The position numbers were made by a program, and so were the translations under genes. The notes under the pieces were generated by a model. That model was not told where the DNA came from. It worked only from the letters and a program-made list of their open reading frames with translations, and searched no databases. DNA of 64,000 nucleotides from Vicugna vicugna (Eukaryota), in the NCBI GenBank assembly GCA_013265495.1, contig MU058337.1, positions 3,714,880 to 3,778,879 on the forward strand, in the 5' to 3' direction. Below are positions 1-13,580 of the stretch, piece after piece; position 1 is the first letter of the stretch; every line of letters begins with the position of its first letter.

Positions 1-391
1 AAAGAAAAATACCATATGAGATCGCTCATATGTGGAATCTAAAAAACAAAAACAAAAACAAACAAACAAACAAAAACAAAGCATAAATACAGGACAGAAA
101 TAGACTCATGGACAGAGAATACAGACTTGTGGTTGCCAAGGGGGTGGAGGGTGGGAAGGGATAGACTGGGATTTCAAAATTGTAGAATAGATAAACAAGA
201 TTACACTGTATAGCACAGGGAAATATACACAAAATGTTATGATAAATCACAGAGAAAAAAATGTGACAATGAATGTGTATATGTCCATGAATGACTGAAA
301 AATTGTGCTGAACACTGGAATTTGACACAACATTGTAAAATGATTATAAATCAATAAAAAATGGTTAAAAAAATAAAAATAAAAAATAAAA
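1..391 (+). mobile_element. Young LINE-1 3' end (last ORF2 codons, 3'UTR, A-rich tail); extends beyond the left edge
   Basis: Reads [13 protein letters not shown] like the ORF2 end at 28587-28628. The 3'UTR is nearly identical to 28629-28940. AATAAA at ~353 is followed by an A-rich tail. Confidence 0.95.
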
Positions 392-3016
392 GCAGCAAAT
401 GATGGCTGAGGGTTTATCTCATCCTCTCTGCCATATCCTACCTGCCTGCAGCCCTACTCTTCTCTTGTTCGTTTTCTATAAGTAGTTTTTAAACTTCCCC
501 AATTAACATACAAAATCATTCGGACAGAGACACAAAGAAATAGACAGATACATATCCATTCTTTATATGTGAAATACATATTTAACAATCATTAACAGAA
601 GTTAACTGATGTGAGAATAGTCAATTTTGTTATCAAAGATAAGAAAACAAATGGGATAGATAAAATTTACAAGAAACATTAAGCCTAAAGAGCAAATAGG
701 TCACAAGTTTTTGAGATACGCGTGATACTCACAAGGATTATTAAGCATGTGTATGTAATGAGTTAGCAAGTTTCTTGATGTAGTTCATAAGAAGCAATAA
801 ATGTTAATGGTAAGGTAATCACCCGTTAGACATGCTAAAGATAGTTAGAATCAATAGAAACCAAGATCTAATAAATAAGAATGTTACTGAAAGGCAGAAA
901 GGAAGAATAAAGAGGAAATAACTGTCATGCCACCTCTGGGGGGACAGCTCTGTCATTTTTAACTTCAATACTTTTTAGAAATATCACATATGGTTTACTC
1001 TGGCATTATATGTACTTTCCCAAGACACGTAGATAAACCCACAGCTTTTCAGCAGCATATCAGAAAGGTGCCTTGTTGTCCAGGCAAGTCCCCATCTCTC
1101 TCCTAGAGAGCAAGGGAAGATCATTAGCCCAAGATGCATCCCGTCTACTCAAGACCCCTTGGTCAATATCAACTCTCGTTCTCCTAACACGACCACCATT
1201 AAAAGAGGCTGACGTGTACAGGAGACTCAGAATTATATAACCCAGATTCAGCACTGCAGTCTTCCTGCCTGCTTGTGCCCTATCCTGAGTCTTAACTTAC
1301 TCATCTCTTTTACTTCACCTTTGACTCCATTTGAAATTGATTTAATATACCATGTGCTTTAGCATATTCATTTGATGTGTTTCTGTTCCAATTTCTGGTA
1401 TAATTTAGTTGGTAGTGTAGCTGGAGAATATCACTACATCAAAGCAACTTCTTACATATAGGAAAACTTTGTATCACAACATGTTTTCTGTCATGAGTAA
1501 CTAACTCAAAGGACTAAAGTCTAGAAAAGAGGGAGACAGTTGCTCAAAATGTCTAGAAAAAAGGATGACTACTTTGTAGTTTAGGACCATCTTTCGCTTT
1601 ATAATACAGTATTTTACTATCTAAATAGGAAGTCAAAATTAACTAGAGGTTGTTGGAGAATGCAGTAGAGTGTATCATGAAAAGTTATTTTTCAAATATG
1701 ATCATTATATTATTATACTAATTCATACTCGTTTTTATTCTTTAGAAAATTGACAGACAAGTAGAATTTTGAAACAGTCAGCAAAAATATAAACATTCTA
1801 AGCATTTTTCATAAACTATTACTCTAATTCTACATGTACATCTATGTCTGCCATGTTCCTGCTTTACATATTCATTTACTTTACCAAAAATTTTACATAA
1901 TGAATTTGCTTCATGGTAGATATTGACACAGATAAAATGTTTCTTAATTACTACACAAACAGCTCTATCACACATTACAAACATCCTGAGTCATTTGAAT
2001 TTTGATGATCGGCTAAAAACATATTTAGTTAGTATTTTTCATCATAACTACTGTAATTTGAGACAGTAAACACATAAGCTCAGGAATCTGACATATATTA
2101 CAGTGAACATTCACTTAGGTGGAGTCAGCACTGAAACCATCATATTTGATGAGATCAGCCACTCCTGTAGCATTTTCTTACTTAGTGAAATCTTCCAGAG
2201 ATAGAAAAATTCTCGTAACATATTTGAAACACTCAGAAGAGAAAAATAAAGCAGGTTGCTTCAAAGCATGAATAACAAAGTTATTCATATTAATGTTAAT
2301 TGTTACAAAATCATTTATATAGCAGTATATAATAGAGAACAATTAAGCAATGAGACTCCTAATATTTAATATTATAGAATTTTATTTGTATTAGATAAGA
2401 ACAGGAGATTTAGTCTGCCTTTCTCTGAAGAACTGAAAAGTATTGGCCTCATAACCCTTTAGAAGGGGAAAATAACAGTTACTTAACATAGCTTCATAAT
2501 TTAAAATAGGACTTGGGGAAATTGTGTGTTCTCAATTACTTTAATTATAAAAATAAACACTCAAAGTAGTCACTTAGGGCAGAAATGAAATTCTCCTGAG
2601 AGACTGGAGCTAAGTAGAGGTCAAAAGTAGTTTGTAAATAACACAGTGCTTAATTTTTAGACACAGTAACTTGGTTGGCTTATATTTCCTTGGTTGTTAA
2701 ATTTTCAAATATCTGAGTAAGTGGGTATTTATTGTGCTAAATAATTTATTTTGTAAATAAAAATGCACGCCTTCTGAGTGGGAGATATTTTCTCAACACA
2801 TTTAATACAACAGAAATTTTAAATGCATATTCTACAGAAGGAAGAGTAAAATTTTTACCCTTTTAAATGGTGATTTTAGAAAAAAATTCTGGTGCTTAAA
2901 TTCCTAGGTGAGGGATGGGATTTTGGTTTCTGTGTTGATCTCTAGAAAAATATGAATGCTGATAGGAAGGATTAGCAAAGTTAACAATAGTTTCTTTCCT
3001 CCATGTTATTCAAACT

Positions 3017-3018
<2 letters not shown>

Positions 3019-3070
<52 letters not shown>
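3019..3070. repeat. Pure T52 homopolymer (A52 on the minus strand)
   Basis: Directly visible uninterrupted T run. Confidence 0.97.
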
Positions 3071-3071
<1 letters not shown>

Positions 3072-4619
3072 GCAATACATTGATTCCATTGTTCCCATGG
3101 GAAAGCACTCCTTTATAGACACATGTCACCAGAAGGAGAATGACTTTGGGCTGTTATGCTGATTTAAGATGTCCTGGCATCAGGTTACTTTTGTGCCCCA
3201 GCCTAGAAACACTACATTCGACGTCAGTGATAAAACAAAGGATTTTTGAGTGTCCTAGTGGTAGCTGAAATGCGTGTTTTCATACTTTCGCTCCTGGACT
3301 AGAACAGGACTTCCCTGCAGAACACAGTAGCTACAGGCAACAGCAGGGGCTCTTAATAAGCCCTGCCACTGAAACGAAAAGACATCATTACTCCATCAGC
3401 ATGAATACAACTTTATTTCTGTTCTACTGTTACTTTTTGATAGAATATTGGAATAAATGGATAGTGGCAATCAGTGTCCTCACAAGCTGAAGAACTACAA
3501 AATAAAGCAAATAAAGCAACCTGCATACAATGTATCATGATAATTTTACAATTAAAATTTCATGATGAAGGAAAAATATAGGAGTAAAAGATTTTACTAT
3601 GTTGCAAAACATTTGCACAATGTAGTTATCAGCTGCATTATCTTAATGTAGCATATCACAGTGATCCTGGAAGAAGTTCTCCCCGTCCAAATATCACCTG
3701 CACATGATTCTCTCTCAATTCCATTTTTTGAGGACTGTTGATTCTATTTAAAGTTGTGCTGTATACAAAAATGGTTCATGTATGTAATGAAGATGTAAGT
3801 GCCACATGAAATATGTATGCCACCTTTAGGACCTCGCTGAAGCCTCCTACTTGGTGCTTTTATCCTTGATTACATGTACAGTACTCAATTTTTTCAGGAG
3901 AAATATGAATCTAATGGAAATCCTTGGACTGGACTGGAGAGCATGCTTGTCAGCAACATCCATCTTAACACATAAGTAATTCCCTTGCTCATTCCAGATC
4001 CATATTTGCAGAGTGCCTCGTAATTATGATAAACCCTTAAGGCTTTATCTCAGAGCACATCGGAGAACCAGGAGATGGCTCCATCAACAATTTAAATCTG
4101 AAGGATCTGTTTTCCCACCTAGTTGGGCAAAAGTAAGCTTGCTTTGTCATCACATTCATTCAGTTCACCAGGGATCGAACCTCTAATTTCCTTGCTTCCT
4201 TAGTATTTATGCTCCAGTTAGTTTCCCGTTTGGAAGAATGCAACGGAAACAAAGAACCTCTTGTTGAATGCCATTTTTTTCAACTCAGAAAAATCACTTT
4301 GCTTTAGGTGTTACTTAGAGGTAAGATCTTCCCCCATCCTGCCCATCTCAATAAGGACTATGTAAACATTTTTCATTTCAAATGCTATATCCTGCTTGCC
4401 CACACTTTCAAACTTCAATCTGTGTGTGCGTATATTTAAACATATTTGTATGTATGTGTGTAAAACATAAGCACATGTATTAAAAGCATTGCCCCTTTCC
4501 TCACCTTACCTACTTATGAAAATATGTAAGTACAAAAAGGAGTGTGGGACATGTAAGCAAAAATTCATTAGATATTTCACATGTGATATCAAATAAAGTT
4601 CTATAACTATCTGGGGAAA

Positions 4620-4995
4620 TATGCCTGGGAAAAAAAGCATACATTTTATGTTCTTTCAGAGACCATGTGAGTAAAAGTCATAGAAGATTCACACACTAGT
4701 GTTATAAACATGGAAATAAAACTGAGACACGGTTCTGGGTGTCTGTGTCAGCTGTAGGCTGTGTGAAGAAATGCTGGTGGGAATATGCTCCAGAAGAGCT
4801 CACATATAACTGGACTGACGTGTTCTATAAAAGAGTGAATGAGGCTCTCATTTCTCAGACATACACATGATTAAAGACGAGAATGGAGAAAGTGGTGAAG
4901 TATTCTACAGAAGGAAATTAAAAATTAGGTTAGAGTTCTAGAGTAGAAAGGAAATTTATGTAGTTAAGAAGGAAAAGAGAACATTCCAAGGGGAA
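4620..4995 (-). mobile_element. Degenerate L2 fragment
   Basis: Purine-rich stretch with L2-like motifs (aggaaaagagaacattccaagggga); recognised by eye only. Confidence 0.4.
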
Positions 4996-6964
4996 TGTTT
5001 ATTGTTTTAGACAAAAATCACTGATTTCCCCATGCACCCTTGTTTACAGTTTAACAGCTAAAATTAAGAAGCAATAAAGAACATCCCGACAATGAAAGCA
5101 CCAAATGTGTATGCTGACTTTACCTATTAGTGCCAAATACTGTTTCTGTGCAGCCAAAGGCAGCATAACTTATAAAAGACTGCAGTAAGTATCATGCAAA
5201 GAGTTTCCATTTTACATGTTACAGCCTGCTTGCCCGCCCTCTTTCAAAGGGATCTTTAATAATGTAAAAAAAATTACTCCTGTGCTCAAAGAAGTGTGAT
5301 TTTCTGTCCATCATCAATGTCAGTCTATGTCTTCACTTACTGAAAAAATGTGAAAGACAAATATACAATTATAGATTGAAAGGATTAAACTGACTTCAAA
5401 TTGCATTTTGTCGATTTCTATTTCCCTAGACAATAGTAGTTATGAACTATGTAAGGGAATCGCTGTTTTGTGGGGTTTTTTTTCCCTTTTTTCACAATTT
5501 CAAGTACTGATATGCTTTTCTGTGGTCACATAATATTCCCTTGTGTATTTATATCCAGCACTGGTTTTGTACTAGGTTTAGTAATATAAAAGCTGTGATT
5601 TAAAAATCATCTCCTTATTTAAAGAAAAATATGGGCAAAAAACATCTAGTCAGTTTTAGCTATTTATTGCAATTCCCTTTAAAACTGTGAAGGCTGATTT
5701 GGGGATTTGCAGTAAAACCTGAAATGAAGGGGAAAAAATTAGAATTTCTCTATTTTACCAACACTTCAGTGAGTACAAACCCCATGGCTTTATATTTCAA
5801 AATTAGATTTGAGCAGAATTATTTTAGCTCTAGTCCTTGCCTTTAAGGGGCACCTCCAACTGTCAGATAATATGAAGGAACAAAGCAAGCGAAATGGAGT
5901 ATTTACCAATAACTTATGAACATGTTCTTCAGCTCAACTATTGTAATATATAACCTAAAAAACAAATTATGCTATCATTTAGCCTGTATTTAGAAATCTT
6001 AAAATAAAGAATGTCCTTTCCAAATACACACGTTCTTTGTTTAAAAATCCACACATCTCCTATTAAAGCCCTACACCTTTTAATCTTTGTTTATTTTTAA
6101 CATTCAACCGAGTACCTGCACATAGTCACTCTAAATTATTATTTTATAAGCACTCCTCGTTCAACATGATTCTACAACTCACAAATCATTGTTTCCTATT
6201 TTGCCCACCACTCCATGACCATTCAAAAATTGTCAATAGAAATATCACTTTTTGTATATAAATTGTCTGGAAAGGTTTTAAATGTCAAAACATTTTATAA
6301 GTTCTCTTTTAAATGGTATTTTAATTATGTGAGTGCTACAGGACAGGTACAGAAAGAAACATGCCAACTGTGGACCAGCCAGTGGTAATTGGCAGATAGA
6401 ATATGCATAAGCACAAGAAAATGTTTGACTTCAAATTCACTAGTTTTGAAATACAAAGCAAACATTGTGCACGTGACAGGCAGCACACTTACCTAAGTCA
6501 TCACCCATTTCTCCATGACTTACATTTAATAAAGTTAGCCCCAAAGTATTCCTGTATTTAATTGGCTTCCAAAAAATAGAGTCAATTTTATTAGTTTAAG
6601 AGCCCTTAATGCTATTTATCTTTATTTTAATGCATTGCACTGTATCATTAGTACCTGTTCCCAGTTAACCTTCAAGGCCTTTTGACGGCAGCTTGGGTTG
6701 CTTCCTCTCCATTGTCAACTCATCTCATGTGTTTAGGCTAAAATTCTCTGCTATAATCATACAGGTCTCTTTACTACTTCCTAAATATATTGTTTTGTCT
6801 CCATTACCATACTAAAGTCTATGAATATCTCAAACTGTGAGTTAGGCATCCACTTGAGATGCGTTTGTCAGCTCCAAGAATTCTTCCCCCAGGCCATGCA
6901 TGTGTGATTTATGCTTCTAGATGCTTTCTTTTTCCTCCCCGCACCTGCACTCCTGTTATGACTC

Positions 6965-7145
6965 TCCTATCTGTGGAGTAGGGTAAAGAGCATTGCTGAT
7001 TTAGGAACTGACTTTCTCCTATTAGCACGTTTATCATGTGATTCTGAGCATATACTTTGATATCGCCTAAATTCAGCTGTCCCATCTATAAGATAAATAC
7101 GCTGAAGATGATCACCTCCAAGCCTCTGGCCCACGTCCCAAATTC
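6965..7145 (+). mobile_element. MIR/MIR3 SINE relic
   Basis: tgtggagtagggtaaagagcattg...gatgatcacctccaagcctctggccc resembles a MIR core and MIR3 tail. Confidence 0.5.
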
Positions 7146-9151
7146 CATACTGCCAAGCAGTTCTGGGCTTCTCAAAAGTAGGTCTGTTGTGTTTTGCTTA
7201 TTGTTTATTTGTTTTTGTTGTTCCCCGTGGGCTTGGTACACATAATAAACAGTCTTAATTAAATAAATGCTTGTGGAATAACCTGATTGCATCAAGAATC
7301 TTCCTTGGAATGGCTCCATCTAGCAAAAAGAGTGTTGAGTGCATCTGTGTACTGAATTTCCCAGAGTCACAGAAATGCTGTGGCCCCTTTGACTCTGTAA
7401 CACTCAAAGATCAGAAACCCAAATCACTTATGAAGCTCAAAAGTGCAGTGTTAGAAACTGAGTCCAAATCTCGGTTCCCACCACCAGCAGTATCTGCTGC
7501 AAGATGCCGATGGGGAAACTCACTCCATGCTATTCCCCCCTAAACAAACAAACAAAACAAAAAACCTTCAGTATCTTCAAGAAGAGATGAAAAACTGGGC
7601 ATCAAATATGAACCAAAACCCATCATTCAACCCAACCTAGACTCACCAGAAAGGAAAATAACAAATAAATACAAAAGGAAAAAAAAGATTTTACAAAATG
7701 AATTCCTCTTCAAATCTAGGTTTTATTCTTGTAAACAATTTTTCTCTCTCTCAAACACCCCAAAGGGTGCAGTGGCAAATGTCAACTTGGTTCCAGTAAA
7801 CATTACTTAATGTCTAAATGGAAACACCAAGGAATGCTCACAAAATCAAACATGGTCTATAATTTTCATGCCTTCCACTCCATCATTCTCCAATTTATTT
7901 AATTTCCCCCCTATCTTGAATCCAAAAGAGCCCTACGGCATTGGCCGAATGCTGTCTGTATAAGAAGTTCTCTGTGGCCCGAGTGAGCTGCATCATTTCT
8001 AAGCCATCCTCCGTTCAGCGTGCCTCACCTTGCAGGACAGTTGAAGATGGATGGGGACTTCAGATTGCAGTGAGTCACACATTAATCCATGCTCCCACTG
8101 CAATGACAGTCAACTTTCCTTGATGGGCGATGTGAAAGAGCCGAGATGGAGTGTGTATGCTGCCACCTTTTTCCATTTTTCACACGGCTTGCTAATCCTC
8201 TTGAAATGATGCGAGGATGCTCACTGAACATCCAGTGTGAAACAGGCTCTGTTCCACAGGCGGTTACTGTTATTTCATTCAATGACATTTCCTTAGGCTT
8301 TAGATATATTTTAATTCTACTAAATATTCAGGTAGACTATCTTTCATCTACCTCGATGCGGAATTTTCCCCCCATGAATCCAATGTGTTTCAGTCTGTAA
8401 GTCACATGTAAACCTCAAAGGCAAATGGACTTTTTGTTTTACTGCTTATTATATAATCTACTACTCTGCCCTATCTTTAACTGTATTTATATGAATACGA
8501 ATGTGAAGTTAAATGCCGTAGTTTTAGATGAATCATGTACTACAGATCACTTTACAACAGCGATAATGCTTTAGTTTAATTTTTCCCCTTTGTTCAATCA
8601 AACTCTATTTTTTCTGGTTGTTCCTAGATTTAAATAACTAAATGCATTTGTTTTAAAATTAAATACCAAAGACTACTGCCTAAAGTAGAAAACAATTTGT
8701 GAACTTTACAAACATGATAATACTATTTTCTATCAATAAGTCCAGCTGTGAATATTTAATATACAAATTATAATAATAAGCAAACATTGAGCATGTCTGT
8801 TATAAAACCTGAAAAAAATCAGAAGAAAAAAGATATTGGCAAAGCAAAGTTGTTTACTAAAACCAGAGTTTTGAAACTAGGCCTGTGGCCTGTACACTAA
8901 GAACACTTGATTGGTCTTTTTTAACTTTTTTTTTTTTATCCTTTTAGGCATTAGCTCCCTTTGCTATTTTTGGCACAGAAATACAGCCCTAAATATAGAC
9001 TGGTGTAAACTGGAACCAATCACCGTGGCCAGAAGGGTGGAATCATGTACACGGCTGGTCGTATTCGTTAGTGCTGGAAGGCCTGGTCAGTCAGCTGCGC
9101 TAAATGAACAGATCAGGCATGACTAGAGTAGACGGAGGAGTCAACACCTCT

Positions 9152-9582
9152 ACTGGGTTGAATGGTGGCTCCTCAAAAGCTGCATCCACATCTCAGAATC
9201 TGTGAATGTGATCTTACTTGGATGGAGGGTCTCTGAAGATGTAATTAAGGTAAAGGATATAGAGAGGAGATTATGCCTGGTGGATTATCTGGGTGGATCC
9301 CAGGTCCAACGTCAAGTAAGAGAAGACACAGACATACAGGGAAGGTCTCGGTGAAACTGAGAAGAGCCTGGAGCTAAGCAGCAATAAGCCAAGGGAGGCC
9401 TGGAGCCACAAGACTGAAAGAGGCATGGAAGGATCCCCCCTGGAGCCTTCTTCAGAAGAAGCACAGCCCTGCTATCACCTTAATTTTAGACTTCTGACCC
9501 CAGAAGAATGAGAGAATGCATTTCTGTTGCTATAAACACCAAGTTTGTGGCAATTTTTGACAACAGCATTCAATCAAATACA
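9152..9582 (+). mobile_element. MaLR solo LTR (MLT1B/C/D-like)
   Basis: Typical MLT1 motifs: gggttgaatggtggc, gtgaatgtgatcttacttgg, gatgtaattaagg, ttagacttctg, catttctgttgc...aagtttgtggcaatttt; ends in ...aataca. Confidence 0.85.
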
Positions 9583-10257
9583 GCATCCAAACAAAGTAAG
9601 ACTGAGCAGATAGGAACTTTAAAATTACATTGTCTAACCCTTCCTGAAATCCTTTTGGGATAAAACTGCATTTAATTTAAAATAAATTGGGGATAACTGA
9701 CAATTTCCAAGTGTTAATTCAAAAGTGTGGAATTTCTCTCCATTCACGAAGTCCCTAAACAAATTTCATAACTTCCATTATGTAAATCCTGCCTCTTGAT
9801 TGTTAAATGTTATCACTTTTTTATCCATTTCCACTTAATCTTAGAAGTTATAAATGTATTATTCTGGGATAATTATTCTGTCTTCAGACTCCACATTAGT
9901 TTTAATATTTAAGTTGCTTTACAGTTCTTGCCTTTGCAAACATTAAAATATAAGCCGTGAAAGAAGAAAGTAAGAAACATTATGTTACCAGCACCCAGAA
10001 ACCATAATTGCATAAACTTACTTACTATCAATATCTATTCTCTATCTGCTTCTCTTTTTCTCCTGAACATGGAGAATCAAGTATCCTATGTCTTCTAGCT
10101 ATGTCTATGTCTCAGTTTTCTTTTCAATTTCATTTTCTACTTCCCTGTCTGGATCCTCCTACAGTAGTTTAGGACAAAATAATTCAGATTTTAAACTTTG
10201 TTAAACTTGTGAATACATGGTCCTCTACATTTGTGGTTTGCCAGTCACAGGCAGAAA

Positions 10258-10585
10258 TGTCCTACTTGACTGCCTTGAGCTGGGACATGGCTCTTCTTCT
10301 GCCTTAAGACTCATACTGAAACATCAACTTTTTCTAGGTGTTGAGCAGGTGGGCATGTGGCCTGGAACTGACACCACAGGCTCTTCTCAATCTCAGGCTT
10401 TCAGACTCAGACTGGAGCCAAACTACCCTCTCTGCTCTCCTGGTCTCCAGCTTGCCAACTGTAGACTTTGGGACTTTTCAGCCTCCATTATCCTGTGAGT
10501 CAATTCCTTAAAATAAATCTCTTCATTTAAAACAAACAAACAAATACAAAACCTGCTATTTCTCTGGAGAACTCTGACAAATATA
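10258..10585 (+). mobile_element. ERVL LTR fragment (MLT2-like)
   Basis: gagctgggacat, ctcctggtctccagcttgcc, gggacttttcagcctccattatcctgtgagtcaattcctt, aataaatctc, tctctggagaactctgac. Confidence 0.8.
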
Positions 10586-10789
10586 GAACCTAAAGCATTA
10601 GTGGACGCTAGGCTAGCAACAGAGAGGGGAGTGAGTAATGGAAAAATATTTTTGGCCAAGGAAAAGCATGATTACTAGAGGCAGGAGGGAGCATGGTGCA
10701 TTAGCAGATCTCAAGCTCAAAATAACTAGAGTTTTGAGTGCAAGTAGTGTGATGAATGCAAATGATGAGAAGGGAGCAGAGACCATGAA

Positions 10790-11335
10790 GAACTGTATTA
10801 GTCACTCTAAGACTCAGCCCTAAAGGCAATGAGAAACCATGGAAATACTTGGAGCATAACATGCCTGGATTTGGGCTTTGTAAAAGTTCCTAAACGGTGC
10901 TGTAGACAAAAAAGAGCAGGGGTGGGAGGAGCAGGCAGTTGCTATAAATCAGGTCTTGGTGACCTTTGTGATAGAAATGGCATAAAGGCAGAAATAAGCA
11001 AACAGATTAAGAGCTAGACAGAGAAGAACTCAACTGGCTCAGTGACTGGGGAAAGGAGCAGTGAATGGAGAGAGAGAGAGAGAGAAGACTCAAGCTGAGG
11101 TCTGGGTTTTTGGCAGAGACAAGTGAATAAGATTAAGAACACAGGAGAAAGACCAGTCTTGGGAGCAAACACAGAAAGTTCTTCAAGAAGATGCTGAATT
11201 TAACATGCCTCTCCCTAGATATTAAGGGACATATACCCATCAGAAAATAATCTGCAACCACCTGAATCCCAGAAGAGTAGGAATAAACATCTGGAGTTTT
11301 ATTTAACCAATGCATTTTTGCCACTATGCTGTGCA
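10790..11335 (-). mobile_element. Degenerate L2 fragment
   Basis: aaggcaatgagaaaccatgga and gaagactcaagctgaggtctgggtttttggc are L2 antisense-type motifs. Confidence 0.55.
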
Positions 11336-11341
11336 ATCACA

Positions 11342-11675
11342 GTATCAGTCTTCTACTGATTTGTAACAAGTCACCACAAGCTTAGTGGCTTAAGACAATA
11401 TAAGTATATTATCTTACAGATCTGTAGGTTTTAAGTCCAACATCAGTCTCATGGGGCTATCTGGGTGTGAGCCGGGCTGTGTTCCTTCTGAAGGAGAGGA
11501 GAACATTGGGGCCCCCCTGGATAACCCAAGATTATCTCCTTATTTTAAGGTTGTATGATTAGCAAATTTAAGTCCGTCTACAGTCTTAATTCCCCTTTGG
11601 CAAGTAACCTAACATATTCCCAGGTTCTGAGGATTAAGACGAGGACATTTTGGGGGGCATTATTATACCCATAAT
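11342..11675 (-). mobile_element. MaLR LTR (MLT1D-like), internally deleted
   Basis: gtaacaagtcaccacaagcttagtggcttaagacaa...ggataacccaagattatctcc...caggttctgaggattaagacgaggacattttgggggg. Confidence 0.8.
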
Positions 11676-11689
11676 GTGACTTCTTTTAA

Positions 11690-12100
11690 TCAGTCAGTCC
11701 AATCAGGAAAAGAAAAACTAAGGTAGATATTTCAACAGAGGCAAGTTCATATGGGAACTATTTACACAGGAGGTGGAGGGCTTAGAGAGGCACAAAGGGG
11801 ACACAGAAGAACATGGAGAAATCATAAGGACAATCCCCTAGTCATACCCACACCATTCTAGGGGAGGCTAGGAGTCTCTGGAGTCCTACACATTGCTGTT
11901 TCCGTAACAAAGAATAGAACTGGGGGAATCTAGAAGTTCCCACATACCCCTGTGTGGGACCACCGAGATACTAGGAAAACTAGAGGACCATCACAACCCC
12001 AGATTCAGGAAAGAAGCCCAGTTTCTGGCCTTGAAGTCCAGGCTATGGTAGCAGCGTATTGCCCTAAATCCTCTTATATCGAGTCATGCCTCAATCATCG
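11690..12100. mobile_element. Possible ancient LTR fragment, family unassigned
   Basis: tcagtcagtccaatcaggaaaagaaaa...gggaactatttacacagg resembles the antisense terminus of old ERVL-class LTRs. Confidence 0.3.
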
Positions 12101-12689
12101 CGAGTTCACAGGGCACACCACAAACCACATGCACAGAAGAGAACAGTAAACCTCTGAAGGACACTGAATGTGTCTCAGAATTCTTATCCCCCATCATCAG
12201 GAGTTCAATAGCCCCTGCAGGAGATGCCTTACAGAGTGAAACTCTGAAAAAAAAAAAAAACAGAACAAAACAAAACAAGTGTTTTGCCAAAATAAACTGA
12301 GACCTCCAAGCTAGAAAATTTAAAACAAAAATTACTAAGATACCAGTAAATCATCAAGTTTAAATTTTATCCCCACCTAAAGTACACGTTTTAAGTAATT
12401 AAATGCAGCCACAAGAGGAGCACATAAGTGAAAGACTTCAAAGAAGCTATATTTACACTGTACACCTTAATGTAAAACGTGTGATTTTCTTGTAAGTGTC
12501 CGTTGCATTAGGAGTGAGAACTGGTTCACGTTACCTTATTATATGAATCTGGAAGGCGTAGCTCTTGACACAGAAACTGTAGTGAACTCTGAAAGCAGGA
12601 ATTTTAAGGGCAAGAATTACCCTGGTTTAAGATCCCTGAGCTATTATTCCGATGGTATGTATTTCACACAGGATTATTTGAACCAATTT

Positions 12690-13010
12690 TTAAAAGCTGA
12701 GATTGTCTAAGGAGGGTTTGTAAAATTGCAGGAAAAGGGGACCCAGGACGAAGTCTTAAGTAAGACTGGATTTGTCAGACTCTCAGAAAAAGAGTAACAA
12801 GGAAGACTACAAATTCTGAGGAGCTAGATGAGAGCGTGGCCTCACAGAGGCCAGAGAAAGAAAATAGTTCGAGAGAGAAGAGGTGATTCATAGCATCAAA
12901 TACGGCAAATAATAACCAGGAAGATGAGAGCTGAAACGTATCCGAGTCAGCGAACGAAGAGCCCCTGCAAACCTCCTGGCATCCACGTTCACAGAGCAGT
13001 AGGGAAGCAG
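12690..13010 (-). mobile_element. Degenerate L2 fragment
   Basis: gagagcgtggcctcacagaggccagagaaagaaaatagttc...tcaaatacggca resembles L2 antisense. Confidence 0.5.
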
Positions 13011-13284
13011 CCAGAGGAAACCAGGTAAGTGCTACAGAATCCTTCTGTCTCCCACTCCATGAAATGCTCATCTCACAAGCAGACAACGTAACACAATATA
13101 AGTAGTTATGATGAGTGGCAGTGGTGATGTAAAGAGATCTGGGAAGTCCTCATGGCGAGGCACTTAAACTCTCCTTTTATCATAAAATAAATCATCAAAA
13201 TCCAGCTATTCTTCAAACACACAAGCACACGTGCAGCCATCTAAGTTTAGAAGATGCTGATGCGTCATGGATGAAGGAATCAAT

Positions 13285-13580
13285 GACAGTAACAGTAATA
13301 TAAAAATGTTTAAAGAACACTCTCTGTCTTAGGCACTGAGCTGTATGCAATATGTAAATGTATTACCTTACTTAATCTTCACATCCTACCTGGTAGATTT
13401 TTATGAGATTGGTTTTAAAGTTTGGAAAAATGAATTTTAGAATAACTACCAGCCATATTCCCTTGGGCAATTCTATGTTATGAACTGATGAAACGGTTGT
13501 AAGCACAGAATATAATAATGCATGTGAAGTACCTAGCATGGTATCTGGTTCATAATAAGCCCTCAAAAAATGTGTTGTTG
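13285..13580. mobile_element. MIR relics (two pieces, opposite orientations)
   Basis: ttaggcactgagctgtatgc...cttaatcttcacatcctacc, and ataatgcatgtgaagtacctagcatggtatctggttcataataagccctcaaaaaatgt. Confidence 0.6.

Noticed and set aside
26..328. Near-identical ~100-aa minus-strand ORFs at 26-328 and 28612-28908
   Set aside because: They are the antisense of the same L1 3'UTR; the similarity reflects repeat copies, not a gene family.
4171..4181. tRNA B-box-like GGTTCGATCCC on the minus strand
   Set aside because: No A box, cloverleaf or SINE body around it.
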